A stretch of 64,000 bases of DNA from Leptospiraceae bacterium (GTDB lineage Bacteria > Spirochaetota > Leptospiria > Leptospirales > Leptonemataceae): contig JAVJNR010000003.1 of the NCBI GenBank assembly GCA_040217195.1, forward strand, positions 480,001 through 544,000. The letters are read 5' to 3'. The position numbers were made by a program, and so were the translations under genes. Within the stretch, counting starts at the first letter, position 1. Every line of letters begins with the position of its first letter. The notes beneath the pieces were generated by a model. The model was not told where the DNA came from, searched no databases, and was given only the letters and a program-made list of their open reading frames with translations. Shown piece by piece: positions 41,813 through 52,830 of this stretch.

Positions 41813-42616
41813 ATGCGGGGTAGTAAGCATACATTCTGGGGCCTGACATTGATGGCTCTGTACCTGGCTATTCCAGCCATGGTAGTCCTTCCCAGCCTGG
41901 TAACAGCCCGGGACACGGAGGCGGAAAGGGACCTTAACCTATACGAAACCGGGCCACTTCAGCCATTGGAGCTGGCAGAAGCGCCCATGCGGGATGAAGG
42001 GGAGATAATCCTGGCAGAGGCTCCGGGAGAGTTTGAACAACCGGCAGTGGACTCGGGAAATGCAGAACTGAATGGATTTGCCGATGCGCCCTGGATGTCT
42101 AACTACTCGGCTGTAAAAAAGCGATTTCAGGATCTGGCAACAGCAGCCAATACTCCAGAAAGAATTGAGATTGTAATGGCCGTGGAGGATCGTTACATCC
42201 TGGTAAAAAGAAACGATATTCTCTATAGATATAACTTCTACAAAAGTCCCAAAAACGTAGCCAAATTAAATAACCATCAGCTTACCGAGGAAGAGTACGA
42301 CACCATGGAAGGCCGGCTCTTTCATGTCCGGGTAATCCTGCCATTCATCCAGTCCAAATGGATTGGAGAGAAACTGGAAAAAACCTACGGCCAGAAGACC
42401 CGCTCCACAGTAGACGAAGAAACTATGAGAGGAGCCGATATCTGGGAAAAGCCCGGCGGATTCATTTTTCAGTGGTACGAGCCCTACAATGACATCGCCT
42501 ACAGCCGCACCATCGATTATATGAGCGTGGACATGGTAAAGACCATCATGGCTGAAAATGAGAAGTATTTCGATGCAGAAGAGCGAGAACTTCTGAGAAA
42601 GCTCATTGTGAATTGA
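41813..42616 (+). CDS. Hypothetical exported protein
   Basis: Signal-like N-terminus; 267-aa ORF upstream of rpmG. Confidence 0.7.
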   Translation: MRGSKHTFWGLTLMALYLAIPAMVVLPSLVTARDTEAERDLNLYETGPLQPLELAEAPMRDEGEIILAEAPGEFEQPAVDSGNAELNGFADAPWMSNYSAVKKRFQDLATAANTPERIEIVMAVEDRYILVKRNDILYRYNFYKSPKNVAKLNNHQLTEEEYDTMEGRLFHVRVILPFIQSKWIGEKLEKTYGQKTRSTVDEETMRGADIWEKPGGFIFQWYEPYNDIAYSRTIDYMSVDMVKTIMAENEKYFDAEERELLRKLIVN

Positions 42617-42645
42617 CGTCAGAGGCCACCAGGAAAAAAGGAATC

Positions 42646-42804
42646 ATGAGAGAAATTATCAAGCTAGAGTCCACCGCTGGAACCGGATATTTCTACACTA
42701 CGACCAAAAATAAGAAGCTCCATACCGAAAAGCTGGAAGTGAACAAGTTCGACCCCAAAGCCAGAAAGTATGTGAAGTTCGTAGAGAAGAAAATCAGCAA
42801 ATAA
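42646..42804 (+). CDS. rpmG: 50S ribosomal protein L33
   Basis: [23 protein letters not shown]...KFDP (Zn-free type). Confidence 0.96.
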   Translation: MREIIKLESTAGTGYFYTTTKNKKLHTEKLEVNKFDPKARKYVKFVEKKISK

Positions 42805-42846
42805 CCCTTTCGGGCATTCCAGAGCATTCCTGCGCCCGGTTCCGTT

Positions 42847-43809
42847 GTGCGATGTCCGTGTAAGATCAACCTGGGCCTCACTGTAGGTCCGAGGCTGGCC
42901 CACCTAAACGGGCTTCACCAGATATACAGTCTTTTCCTTCCCATCCGTATTGGCCCATTTTCGACCGGAGACTCCGTCCCGGCTGAAATTGAATCCATGG
43001 CATTTCACGGAGATACCATCGATATTCGCACTGCCTCCAATTTTGAATTCCATTCCCGGAATTTGATTTCCGGCCCCTATGAGATTTCCCGGGCATTCGA
43101 GGTAGTTAGCGAGCGCGGATCAGACCTGAATAAAAACCTGATGGTACAGGCGGCGGAAATGCTGGCTCCACATTCAGGACATGGGGCGCAGCCAATCAGC
43201 ATCCGAATCGACAAGAGGATTCCCCCCGGTACCGGTGTAGGAGCCGGTTCAGCCAACGCAGCTCAGATACTGTTGTTTGCAGTGAAGCAGGATTGGATCA
43301 CAATAGACCAGGCGCGAGACATGGCCCCCGCTCTGGGCTCAGATGTAAGCTTCTTTCTAGATCAAAAGCCAGCCCTGGTAGAAGGAACCGGCGAAAGAAT
43401 TCACCATGTAGAGTCCGGCCCTCTCTATGGAGTTCTCTGCTTTCCTGGCCTATTTGTTTCAACTGCGGAAGCGTACAGTAGACTGAAAAGGCCTTTACAG
43501 CAAAGCGAGGATGCAAAACTTGGGTCTCTGCTAAGCGATTCAGACTGGCAAGCTGTTGCCGCTGGAGCATGGGGTCGCCTGGCACACTGGACCAACGATT
43601 TCGAGGAACCGGTGCTCTCAATGCATCCGTTGCTGGGCGAAATCAAGGAATCTATGGTTCGGGTTGGTGCTGACTACTGCTCTTTGTCGGGAAGTGGCTC
43701 AGCTCTGTATGGGCTTTATAGCAGTGGTCAGAGAGCACAGGCAGCTCTGGACAGTCTGAAAAGCCAATATCCAGAGCTGCCGTTTGAAACGTTTGCACTC
43801 TGGGATTAA
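42847..43809 (+). CDS. ispE: 4-diphosphocytidyl-2-C-methyl-D-erythritol kinase
   Basis: KINLGL, KRIPPGTGVGAGSANAA, LGSDVSFF, NDFE, SLSGSGS. Confidence 0.92.
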   Translation: MRCPCKINLGLTVGPRLAHLNGLHQIYSLFLPIRIGPFSTGDSVPAEIESMAFHGDTIDIRTASNFEFHSRNLISGPYEISRAFEVVSERGSDLNKNLMVQAAEMLAPHSGHGAQPISIRIDKRIPPGTGVGAGSANAAQILLFAVKQDWITIDQARDMAPALGSDVSFFLDQKPALVEGTGERIHHVESGPLYGVLCFPGLFVSTAEAYSRLKRPLQQSEDAKLGSLLSDSDWQAVAAGAWGRLAHWTNDFEEPVLSMHPLLGEIKESMVRVGADYCSLSGSGSALYGLYSSGQRAQAALDSLKSQYPELPFETFALWD

Positions 43810-43816
43810 AACATAT

Positions 43817-43888
43817 TGGGCCGTCGCCAAGCGGTAAGGCATCGGTTTTTGGTATCGACATACGGAGGTTCGAATCCTCCCGGCCCAG
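43817..43888 (+). tRNA. tRNA-Gln (TTG)
   Basis: Cloverleaf with tgggccg/cggccca acceptor stem, anticodon loop ttTTGgt and GTTCGAATC T-loop; CCA not encoded. Confidence 0.97.
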
Positions 43889-43914
43889 CATCTTCCCGCT
43901 CGATTGGTTTGCGC

Positions 43915-44700
43915 ATGGCATCTACCTCCTCAAATCGTATGGCCGTCATCCTGGCCGCTGGTAAGGGCACCCGAATGAAATCCGAGTTGCCCAAAGTAGC
44001 CCTGGACGTGGCCGGAAAACCTATGATCCAGCATGTTCTGGAAAATCTGAAATCATTAAATCTAAGTAAGATCGCTGTTGTGGTTGGTTACCGGCAGGAA
44101 GAGGTAAGAAACCGAATCGATCTAAAGGAGTTTCCCCAGGTAGTGTTTGCAGAGCAACTGGAGCAGAAAGGCACCGCCCATGCACTGCTGGCTGCCAGAG
44201 AAGCCATTGGCAATGAACCGGGAGCTCTTCTGGTCACTTCAGGCGATATGCCTTTGATCCAGCCAGATACGTTCGAGCAGCTCTTCCATTCTCAAGAATC
44301 CCAGGAAGTGGCTGCCTCTGTTCTTTCCTCGGTGCAGCCAGACCCCACCGGATATGGCAGACTGGTTCGAGATCCAGATGGCTTCCTGGAAAGGATCGTA
44401 GAAGAGAAAGACGCCGACGATGAGATTCGCAAGATAAAAGAATCCAATGCAGGCACCTATGTATTTGAATCACCGGGTATTTTTGAGGTTCTTACACAAA
44501 TCGACTCCAGCAATAAGCAGAATGAATATTATCTTCCGGATGCGGTGCAAGTTTATCGCGGCCAGGGCAGAAAGATTGGAACCCTGGTGCTAAACGATAC
44601 GGACCAGACTCTGGGGGCCAATACAGTGGATGAACTGGCCAGCCTGGAACAGAAATACTTTAAATTTCATACGGAGCAGAAAGCCGTAAGCGGATCCTGA
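43915..44700 (+). CDS. glmU: GlmU-like nucleotidyltransferase (uridyltransferase domain only)
   Basis: ILAAGKGTRMKS.LPK, Q.EQKGTAHA, GYGRLVR, NEYYLPD; ends before the hexapeptide acetyltransferase domain. Confidence 0.88.
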   Translation: MASTSSNRMAVILAAGKGTRMKSELPKVALDVAGKPMIQHVLENLKSLNLSKIAVVVGYRQEEVRNRIDLKEFPQVVFAEQLEQKGTAHALLAAREAIGNEPGALLVTSGDMPLIQPDTFEQLFHSQESQEVAASVLSSVQPDPTGYGRLVRDPDGFLERIVEEKDADDEIRKIKESNAGTYVFESPGIFEVLTQIDSSNKQNEYYLPDAVQVYRGQGRKIGTLVLNDTDQTLGANTVDELASLEQKYFKFHTEQKAVSGS

Positions 44701-44736
44701 GCTATGCTGGATTCAGCCGAAAACCGAGCGGGAGAT

Positions 44737-45675
44737 ATGAGCTACGAACTACTAATTTTTTCAGGAAGCGCCAACCAGAAACTGGCAGGGGAAATTGCAC
44801 AATACCTGGGAACCAGACTGAGCGTAGCCACCATCAAGAAATTCTCAGATGGAGAGATTTCGGTTAAGATCGAAGAGAATATTCGAGGCCGGGATGTATT
44901 CATAGTTCAGCCCACATCGGAGCCTGCAAACGACCATATGATGGAGTTGTTTCTTATGCTGGATGCCATCCGTCGGGCCAGCGCCAAGAGAATCACCGCT
45001 GTCATTCCTTACTATGGGTATGGTCGTCAAGATCGTAAGAGCGAACCCAGGGTGCCTATTTCAGCCAGGGTAGCTGCCGATCTGATCGAATCCATGGGCC
45101 CCAATCGATTGCTTACAATGGATCTACATGCAGATCAGATTCAGGGATTCTTTAAGGTTCCAGTGGATCATCTGTATGCAGCACCGGTCTTCGTGAAGTA
45201 TCTGAATGAAAAGAAGCTCCAGGACCCTGTAGTTGTATCACCGGACTCTGGCGGAGTGGAAAGAGCTCGATTTCTGGCCCGCCAGATTGGAGCAGGACTT
45301 GCCATCATCGATAAAAGACGTCCCAGAGCCAACGAATCCGAAGTGATGCATGTAATTGGCGATGTTAAGGACCGAAACTGTATATTATTCGATGATATGA
45401 TCGATACAGGTGGAACCATTACTAAAGCGGCCGCAGCCCTGAAGGAGAACGGTGCTACCTCTGTTATGGCAGCAGCCACCCATGCAGTGCTTTCCGGACC
45501 GGCGGTAGATCGATTGAAAGAAAGCTCTATTGATGAAGTAATCTTTACCAATAGCATCCAGCTTCCAGAGGCCAAGAAAATCGAAAAGATTACTCAACTA
45601 TCGGTGGCCGGCCTGGTGGGCGAAGCGATTCGCAGAATTCATAATGAGGAGTCTGTTAGCTCTCTTTTCCTTTAA
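44737..45675 (+). CDS. prs: Ribose-phosphate pyrophosphokinase
   Basis: [34 protein letters not shown]. Confidence 0.98.
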   Translation: MSYELLIFSGSANQKLAGEIAQYLGTRLSVATIKKFSDGEISVKIEENIRGRDVFIVQPTSEPANDHMMELFLMLDAIRRASAKRITAVIPYYGYGRQDRKSEPRVPISARVAADLIESMGPNRLLTMDLHADQIQGFFKVPVDHLYAAPVFVKYLNEKKLQDPVVVSPDSGGVERARFLARQIGAGLAIIDKRRPRANESEVMHVIGDVKDRNCILFDDMIDTGGTITKAAAALKENGATSVMAAATHAVLSGPAVDRLKESSIDEVIFTNSIQLPEAKKIEKITQLSVAGLVGEAIRRIHNEESVSSLFL

Positions 45676-45740
45676 TTGGAATCAGACAGCCACAGCATAA
45701 TTCAGAGTACAGTTATCAGGAAATCATTCGAGGTTAAGAA

Positions 45741-46346
45741 ATGGAAAGAACAATTACAGCCACAAAACGAGATGGAAGAGGAAAGAACACTGCCCGCCGA
45801 TCCCGAGTGGCCGGCAAAATCCCCGCCAACCTGATTGGAAGCGGTAAGTCAGAGGCCCTGGAAGTAGATGGCAAAGATTTCGAACGTCTTCTCCAGTCCG
45901 GCCTGCGTCAGAGCTCTGAAATCCAGTTAGCAGTGGATGGAGACAGTGCAGTGAAAGTCCTGGCAAAAGAAATTCAGCGACATCCTGTATCCGGTGCAGT
46001 TCTGCATATAGATCTGTACCGAATCAATCCGGACCAGAAACTGCGAGTCAATGTTCCCGTTGAAACTAAAGGGTATGCCCGAGGCGTAAAAGCCGGTGGC
46101 GCTCTGGAGCATTACATTCGTCAGCTACGAGTACGCACTCCACCAGGATCTTTGAAAGAAAAGATCGAAGTGGACATTACGAATCTTCAGGTCGGAGGAC
46201 AGATTCATCTAAAAGACCTGGATATTCCTGGAGATTGGGACATCATGATGAAAGGAAACCCTATCATCTGTAAAATCGCACAATCCAGAATGACCGTAAT
46301 GGCAGACAATGAACCAGGGGAAGCTGAAGCTCCAGCTGAAGCCTGA
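45741..46346 (+). CDS. rplY: 50S ribosomal protein L25 (Ctc type)
   Basis: ARRSR..GKIPA, KEIQRHPV..LHID, GVKAGG; prs-rplY-pth synteny. Confidence 0.94.
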   Translation: MERTITATKRDGRGKNTARRSRVAGKIPANLIGSGKSEALEVDGKDFERLLQSGLRQSSEIQLAVDGDSAVKVLAKEIQRHPVSGAVLHIDLYRINPDQKLRVNVPVETKGYARGVKAGGALEHYIRQLRVRTPPGSLKEKIEVDITNLQVGGQIHLKDLDIPGDWDIMMKGNPIICKIAQSRMTVMADNEPGEAEAPAEA

Positions 46347-46360
46347 TTCGAGGGTAGTCT

Positions 46361-46924
46361 ATGAAGCTGATTATTGGCCTGGGCAATCCCGGGGAAAAGT
46401 ACATCAATCGGAGGTCAAACATTGGCTTCAAGATCCTTGATGTAATCGCCAATAACAATAACATAGATATTCGCACAAAGAAAAAGAAGTCTCTTATTGG
46501 CCGGGGCGAGTTTGAGGGGGAGGAAGTTGTGCTTCTGAAGCCTCAAACCTACGCTGAATTGGCCGGGGAAGCTGCTCTATACATTGCTTCTTTTCTGAGA
46601 ATCAAGCCAGAGGATATCATCGTCATTATGGATGATTTCGCACTGGATCTGGGAAAAATTGTGGTTGAACAGGGCGGTGTAAATCATGGACACCCGGGCA
46701 TTGACAATCTGGCCATCGCTTTGAAATCCCCCAACTTCATTCGAGTGCGGGTAGGCATTGTGGGCAAGAGCGCAGCCAAAAAAAAGCGCGAGCAGTACGT
46801 AAATCAGGAATTTGATCCTCTGGAAAACGTGCAGCTAATTAACATTATCAACGATGCAGAAGCCGCCATCCGATCTATCACCCAGGGCGATATCGATGAG
46901 GTGGTGGAAAAATTCCGCCTTTAA
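46361..46924 (+). CDS. pth: Peptidyl-tRNA hydrolase homologue with degenerate active site
   Basis: GLGNPG..Y, LLKPQTY and RVRVGI fold motifs plus synteny; RHN changed to RSN, MN to AE, GHNG to GHPG. Confidence 0.85.
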   Translation: MKLIIGLGNPGEKYINRRSNIGFKILDVIANNNNIDIRTKKKKSLIGRGEFEGEEVVLLKPQTYAELAGEAALYIASFLRIKPEDIIVIMDDFALDLGKIVVEQGGVNHGHPGIDNLAIALKSPNFIRVRVGIVGKSAAKKKREQYVNQEFDPLENVQLINIINDAEAAIRSITQGDIDEVVEKFRL

Positions 46925-46927
46925 AAA

Positions 46928-46956
46928 TTGACGGTCCCCCGGGCCCTGTCTATACT
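46928..46956 (+). promoter_or_regulatory. Sigma70-type promoter of ftsH
   Basis: TTGACG-N17-TATACT, 23 bp upstream of the ATG. Confidence 0.75.
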
Positions 46957-46979
46957 GATCTTAGTCTACAGGCCTCTCT

Positions 46980-49001
46980 ATGAACAAAAACTTTAAGTAC
47001 TTCCTGTTCCTCTTTCTGGGAATCATCATCATCCTCTTCTTTTTTCAGGGTCAAAACGGAATCTTTCCGGGCCAGGAGACACCAGAAAAGATCACCTATT
47101 CGCAATTCAAGAAGATGCTGACGCCGGACGGAAAAGAACGTTACGGCAGAATCTACACCGGCGGCATCAAGTATCAGAAAGATAATCCCAATCCTACCGA
47201 TGATAGCTTTGTTCTGAAGATTGGTCCTCGCAAAATCCAGGGACGTTATCTAAAAGATGGTGTAGAAATCACCAACGAAGATCCAGAGCGAATGAAAGAG
47301 AAAACGGTTCCTTTTGAAGTGGAATCCGTTCCCGGTTTGCTGGACAATGGATTGCTTGAGCAACTGGATAAGAATAACATAAACTATAAACTGGTAAATC
47401 CAGAAGAATCCAGCTTTCTGATAACCATTGCACAGATGATTCCTTTTGTAATCATCATCGCCCTGCTCTGGATATTCATGATGAGACAGATTCAGAGCAC
47501 GGGCAATCGCGCCATGTCATTTGGCAAGAATAAAGCCAAGCTGCATGCAGAAGGAAAAACCCGGGTAACCTTTCTAGATGTTGCAGGTTGCGATGAAGCC
47601 AAAGAAGAGCTGGTAGAGGTCGTAGACTTTCTAAAAGATCCCAAAAAGTTCCAGACCATTGGTGCCAAGATTCCAAAAGGTGTGCTTCTGGTGGGTCCTC
47701 CGGGCACCGGTAAAACACTCATCGCACGGGCTGTCGCTGGCGAGGCCGGCGTTCCTTTTTACAGCATTTCCGGATCGGACTTTGTGGAGATGTTTGTTGG
47801 AGTAGGAGCCAGCCGGGTTCGCGATCTGTTCGAGCAGGCCAAAAAGAATGCTCCCTGTATTATTTTCATCGATGAAATCGACGCTGTAGGGCGCCTCCGT
47901 GGAGCAGGTCTGGGCGGAGGGCATGATGAGCGAGAGCAGACTCTCAATCAAATGCTGGTAGAGATGGATGGCTTCGAAGAGAACGAAGGTGTCATCGTAA
48001 TGGCAGCTACCAACCGTGCGGATGTACTGGACCCTGCCCTGCTTCGTCCAGGCCGCTTTGACCGACAGGTTGTGGTAGATGCCCCGGATGTAAAGGGCCG
48101 GGAAGCGATTCTAAGAATTCATGCAAAGAAGATACCTCTTACCTCTGATGTGTCTCTATCTAAAATTGCCCGGGGAACTCCAGGGTTTACGGGCGCTGAT
48201 CTGGCAAACCTGATCAATGAGGCGGCTCTATTGGCTGCACGAAAAGGGAAGAAACGAGTGACCCAGGATGAAATGGAAGAAGCGAAGGATAAGGTCTTGA
48301 TGGGACCGGAACGTCGTAGCTTCTACATGACTCCTCAGGAAAAAGAAGCCACTGCATATCATGAAGCCGGGCATGCTCTTCTTGGAACTCTTTTACCCTA
48401 TGCAGATCCAGTTTACAAGGTTACAATTGTGCCTCGGGGTCGTGCTCTGGGAGTTACCATGATGCTGCCTGAAAAGGATAAGCATTCTGAGCCCAGCCGG
48501 TACTGGCATGACCGCATCTGTGTGGCCATGGGCGGCTTTTTGGCCGAAGAATTGATTTACGAAGACACATCCACAGGTGCATCAGATGATATTCGAGGCG
48601 CCACAAACATAGCCCGCCGTATGGTATGCGAATGGGGAATGTCGGAGAAACTGGGAACCATCAACTATTCCAGCAACAATGAAAGCGTATTCGTGGGTAG
48701 AGATGTTTCTTCTGGAAAAAGCTTCAGCGATGAAACGGCCTCTACAATCGATTCGGAAATCCGCCGCATTGTGGATGATCAGCTCCAGAAAGGACGCAAG
48801 CTTCTGAAAGAGCACAAAGACAAACTGGAACGGATCGCCAAAGAATTGCTGGATAAAGAAACCGTAACCGGAGATGAATTGAACCACATTGTGGGCGATC
48901 TGGCTTCCGAGAATCAGCGAAGGCTCAGCCAGCCGGACAACCATGGTGGACAGGATCTTCCCGGGTTGGATGGCGGACACTCTCCCGCCCCGGCCACCTG
49001 A
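46980..49001 (+). CDS. ftsH: ATP-dependent zinc metalloprotease FtsH
   Basis: Two TMs, [17 protein letters not shown] motif, HEAGH. Confidence 0.98.
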   Translation: MNKNFKYFLFLFLGIIIILFFFQGQNGIFPGQETPEKITYSQFKKMLTPDGKERYGRIYTGGIKYQKDNPNPTDDSFVLKIGPRKIQGRYLKDGVEITNEDPERMKEKTVPFEVESVPGLLDNGLLEQLDKNNINYKLVNPEESSFLITIAQMIPFVIIIALLWIFMMRQIQSTGNRAMSFGKNKAKLHAEGKTRVTFLDVAGCDEAKEELVEVVDFLKDPKKFQTIGAKIPKGVLLVGPPGTGKTLIARAVAGEAGVPFYSISGSDFVEMFVGVGASRVRDLFEQAKKNAPCIIFIDEIDAVGRLRGAGLGGGHDEREQTLNQMLVEMDGFEENEGVIVMAATNRADVLDPALLRPGRFDRQVVVDAPDVKGREAILRIHAKKIPLTSDVSLSKIARGTPGFTGADLANLINEAALLAARKGKKRVTQDEMEEAKDKVLMGPERRSFYMTPQEKEATAYHEAGHALLGTLLPYADPVYKVTIVPRGRALGVTMMLPEKDKHSEPSRYWHDRICVAMGGFLAEELIYEDTSTGASDDIRGATNIARRMVCEWGMSEKLGTINYSSNNESVFVGRDVSSGKSFSDETASTIDSEIRRIVDDQLQKGRKLLKEHKDKLERIAKELLDKETVTGDELNHIVGDLASENQRRLSQPDNHGGQDLPGLDGGHSPAPAT

Positions 49002-49036
49002 TAGAGAAAACGGGCAGATTCCAGGAATCTGCCCGC

Positions 49037-49078
49037 CTCTTCGGATTTCGCTCTTCGGATTTCGCTCTTCGGATTTCA
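49037..49078. repeat. 14-bp tandem repeat x3 (CTCTTCGGATTTCG)
   Basis: Three direct copies (last ends in A) immediately after hairpin cgggcagattcc-a-ggaatctgcccg (49011-49035). Confidence 0.9.
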
Positions 49079-49276
49079 GAACATCTGTCTAAACGCGCTA
49101 AAAGGCCTGGATTGGCCTCTGGCCTTTATTGCAGCTAAAGACGCAGGCAGCCAGGGTAACCCCGGCCTTTCCATCCAGCGAACCTTTCGAATCCAGGCTG
49201 ACTGCCTGGAAGGATACCAGAAACCACCAGGCTTTTTCCTTGCCCTGCCCTGCATACTCGACGAATATAAGAGCAG

Positions 49277-50871
49277 TGGCCAACTCCCCGGATAACGAAT
49301 CAAAGGAACGAACAGATGAAGATCTGGAGAAGGTCCTCAGTCAGCCATTCCAGATGGATGGGCTGGCCCGCGCCGAAGAAGCTGCTTTTTTATCCAGTGC
49401 AACGCGTACTGTTGAAAGACAGCCGGAACCGAAAACCGACGAAGATATACAGCTATTCCTCCGACCGGTAGAAATCGTCCTTCGTCCCCATATATCCACT
49501 GCAAATCTTATCCTGGAAAGACTATTTGCGCCAGGCCTTGAAGATGGAACCAGAGCTGTAATCGATCAGTATAGCGAGGATCTTAAAAAAGACATCGATG
49601 CCCTGCGAAAAGCGTTTCGCGTTTACGTAGAAACAGCCGCCGATGAAACTCTGAACCGGGAAGCCTCCCGGCAGGTCCGGAAATATTTTCAGGATAGTAC
49701 CGGCACGAATGAAATCAATTTTGTTAAGCTAAAGAGATTGTACGAAAAGATAAAGACTTTCAATGAGAAGTCCCGAGAGATCTGGAGAAACATCAACAAG
49801 CTGATTGATACTTTCTCGGTAATCCATGAGACCAGACGTCTGGTTCGAGGCCTGGAAACAGACTACCTGGAACCAATCCAAAAACTGATTCGCAGCACAG
49901 AAAGCTTTCTGGGAGCCCTTTATCGCTACATCCAGGTAAATAGAGAGCAAAGAGATACCGTTACCGGCGGGTTCAGAATCGATCTTAGCTACGATGCCCA
50001 CGTGGATTATACGCTGGTAAGCATGGCCCGGCCCGAAGGGGAAGTGGCCGAGGAAAGCCAGGAAAACCGGGAGGAGGAGGGTCAGGAGGAAGATGGGGGC
50101 CCCCCTGCTGTTTCCATCGCAAGAAGCATAATCCTGGAGACCAGAGAAAGGCGTATCCACAGAGCCAGTCTGTATGCCGTTCCCATACTCGGTAGCCGGG
50201 ACTGGAATCGGTCCCAGGATTACAGCATGGAAATCTCGGTGCAGGACTATCGGAATGGCCTGGAAGACTTCAAGGAGGCATTTCTGGTTATCCTTAAACC
50301 GGAAGATCAACCATCAAGTCTCACGCCATCCGGGGCCATGGTAAAGAAAGGCTCCGGGGCCAGTCATCTGGAGGCCTACATCGATCTAATTGAACGCATA
50401 CTGAATGAAGAAACCAGGGCCTTGATCACATCGGACTTTCCAGGGCTTCTGTATCCTGATGTTTTTCTGTATCATTGCGGACCGATAGTTATCTATAAGA
50501 TTCTGATGGTCACCCTGCGCCAGCGAAACATTGGCGATATTTTCAGAATTGACGAACAATCCCAGATTCGCCGCGAATACCCGGAAATTCTAATACAGAA
50601 AATCCTAATTGAATGGTGGACCGAGCGATTCAGACAGGTAAACGGCGAACAGGTAGACTCCTACCTAACCTATTCAAGAACCCTGGAGATGATTCGCAAG
50701 GAGTTCCGGGCACTCTATGGTCGCGGAACGGAAATGCGCAGGATGGAGCAACCCGGTGGTAGCTACCTGCAGCAGGACCAGTGGATCCGGCAGAACAGAA
50801 ACCGAATATTCGGCCTTCGAAAGTACGAGGTTTTTCGTCGATTTCTCAGCGGAACCATGTTTGAATTCTGA
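49277..50871 (+). CDS. Hypothetical protein
   Basis: Long helical-looking ORF of about 530 aa; start uncertain (GTG 49277 assumed). Confidence 0.7.
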
Positions 50872-50914
50872 CCAGCTGTCAGGGTTTTATATTTCTTGGC
50901 AGAAAGTGCGCCTG

Positions 50915-50938
50915 CTCAAAAGTTGACTTTTGAGTCAA
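50915..50938. promoter_or_regulatory. Overlapping palindromes upstream of acyl-CoA dehydrogenase (candidate operator)
   Basis: CTCAAAAGT-tg-ACTTTTGAG and TTGACT-tttg-AGTCAA. Confidence 0.45.
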
Positions 50939-50971
50939 TAGAACCTGGCAATGGCCAGTAAAGAGGCGGCA

Positions 50972-52126
50972 ATGAAAGGACTACCAAGTCAACTACCCTA
51001 CACAGACGATCATCATACTTTCCGGGATATGGTCCGGGATTTCGTAAACAATAAGATAGCTCCCAACCACGAGCAATGGGAAAAGGATAAGATTGTACCC
51101 CGTGAAATATGGGCCGAGGCCGGCCAACTGGGCATGATCTGTCCCAACTTTCCGGCAGAGTATGGAGCAGCTGAAGCTGACTTTCTCTACAACGTAATAG
51201 TAATCGAAGAGCTGGCCCGCGTTGGCGCAAGCGGCTTTTTTGTGAGCCTGCATGCTGACGTAATTGCTCCGTACGTTCTGCATTATGCGAACGATGAGCA
51301 AAAGAAGCGATGGCTTCCAGGAATCGTGGATGGTACCAAGATTCTGGCCGTGGCCATGACTGAACCCAATGCAGGAAGCGACCTGGCCGGGATTCAAACC
51401 ACTGCTGTAGACAAAGGGGACCATTATCTGGTTAACGGCTCCAAGACTTTTATCTCAAACGGATATCTTTCAGACCTGGTCATCACCGTTGTAAAAACCG
51501 ACACCACTCGCGGCCAGAACGGTGTTTCGCTTATTGGAATCGAACGGGGCATGGAAGGTTTCGAAAGAGGAAGAAAGCTAGAAAAAATAGGACTTCATGC
51601 CCAGGATACCTCTGAACTGTTTTTTAACGATGTAAAAGTTCCCAAAGAAAACCTTATCGGAAAAGCAGGCTACGGATTCAGGTACTTAATGAGCGAACTG
51701 GCAACCGAGCGATTGGTTCTGGCCATTAGCAACATGCGCTCTGCAGAAGCCACCCTGGAAATGACCGTGGATTACGTAAAGACCCGAAAAGCTTTCGGAA
51801 AATCCATCGGGAAATTCCAGAATACTCAGTTTAAACTGGCGGATATGTACACCGAGCAAATGGCTGCCCGGGCCATGCTGGATCAAGTTATCATTCAGTT
51901 CATGAAAGGTGAAAAGGTAACTGTTCAGGCATCTCAGGCAAAACTCCTATGCTCGGAAATGCTAAAACGTCATGTAGACGAGTGCCTGCAGTTCTATGGA
52001 GGGTACGGATATATGACTGAATACCCTATCGCAAGAGCGTTTCTAGATGCCCGAGTTCAATCCATCTATGCAGGAACTTCTGAGATCATGCGAGAGATTA
52101 TTGCAGGAAAAGGACTGGGATTATAA
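50972..52126 (+). CDS. Acyl-CoA dehydrogenase
   Basis: AMTEPNAGSD, NGSKTFISNG, KIGLHAQDTSEL, QFYGGYGY, IYAGTSEIM. Confidence 0.95.
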   Translation: MKGLPSQLPYTDDHHTFRDMVRDFVNNKIAPNHEQWEKDKIVPREIWAEAGQLGMICPNFPAEYGAAEADFLYNVIVIEELARVGASGFFVSLHADVIAPYVLHYANDEQKKRWLPGIVDGTKILAVAMTEPNAGSDLAGIQTTAVDKGDHYLVNGSKTFISNGYLSDLVITVVKTDTTRGQNGVSLIGIERGMEGFERGRKLEKIGLHAQDTSELFFNDVKVPKENLIGKAGYGFRYLMSELATERLVLAISNMRSAEATLEMTVDYVKTRKAFGKSIGKFQNTQFKLADMYTEQMAARAMLDQVIIQFMKGEKVTVQASQAKLLCSEMLKRHVDECLQFYGGYGYMTEYPIARAFLDARVQSIYAGTSEIMREIIAGKGLGL

Positions 52127-52191
52127 TATCTACAGCCCGGATCAAAATTAGGATTCGGCCGCGAGATTTAGTTGCGGCTGATGGATGAAAT

Positions 52192-52223
52192 ACAGCTCCT
52201 ATTCAGGGGCTGTTTCTTTTTTT
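52192..52223 (+). terminator. Intrinsic terminator
   Basis: acagctcct-attc-aggggctgt followed by a T-run. Confidence 0.75.
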
Positions 52224-52266
52224 CTGACGAGAAACGCGGACGTTTGATTTTTAGTTCTCATAGAGC

Positions 52267-52731
52267 ATGCGACATCCATCGGAACGAGTCTGCCAAAGAG
52301 TGTTAGAATTGGCCAGGGAAGCTTTTGATGCAGGCGAAACCCCGGTAGGCGCAGCGCTTGTAGATATTCACGGCAATATAGTGGCCGATGGACGAAATCG
52401 AATTGTTGAGGATTCCGATCCGTCGGCTCATGCAGAGTTGCTGGCCATTCGCCAGGCTTGCAAGGTCACTAACTCAGAACGCTTGCCGGAACTAATCCTA
52501 ATCTCCAGTCTGGAACCCTGCCTGATGTGCAGCGGTCTGATTATACATGCCAGGATACCTGAAATTGCTTTTATGGCAGCGTCTCAATGGCCCGGACTCA
52601 GGCATTATCTGGAGAAGTTCAGCGATTCCATCAACCATCGACCGGCATGGCGGATACTGGACGCTTATGAAGATTCAGCCTCAAACCTACTTACCCGTTT
52701 TTTTCAGGACCGCCGAAAGCCTACGGTTTGA
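52267..52731 (+). CDS. tadA: TadA-like nucleoside/tRNA adenosine deaminase
   Basis: GETPVGA, DPSAHAE, LEPCLMC Zn motif. Confidence 0.75.
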   Translation: MRHPSERVCQRVLELAREAFDAGETPVGAALVDIHGNIVADGRNRIVEDSDPSAHAELLAIRQACKVTNSERLPELILISSLEPCLMCSGLIIHARIPEIAFMAASQWPGLRHYLEKFSDSINHRPAWRILDAYEDSASNLLTRFFQDRRKPTV

Positions 52732-52830
52732 GCAACCCAATCCATAGCCTTTTGTCTTGACTCAACGTCCTTTCATTCGAGCATGGACAGGTTCTCCGAA
52801 TTACAGGCCTCTGGCCTTGATACGGCAGAA

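Noticed and set aside
42646..43809. rpmG and ispE share a frame separated by one TAA (possible read-through fusion)
   Set aside because: ispE has a plausible GTG start right before the KINL motif, and the same frame arises by chance one time in three.
43816..43914. ORF-track N-terminal extension of glmU
   Set aside because: It runs through tRNA-Gln; the real start is at 43915 or later.
49037..49078. Possible CRISPR array
   Set aside because: The repeats are 14 bp, contiguous and have no spacers, and there are no cas genes in the window.
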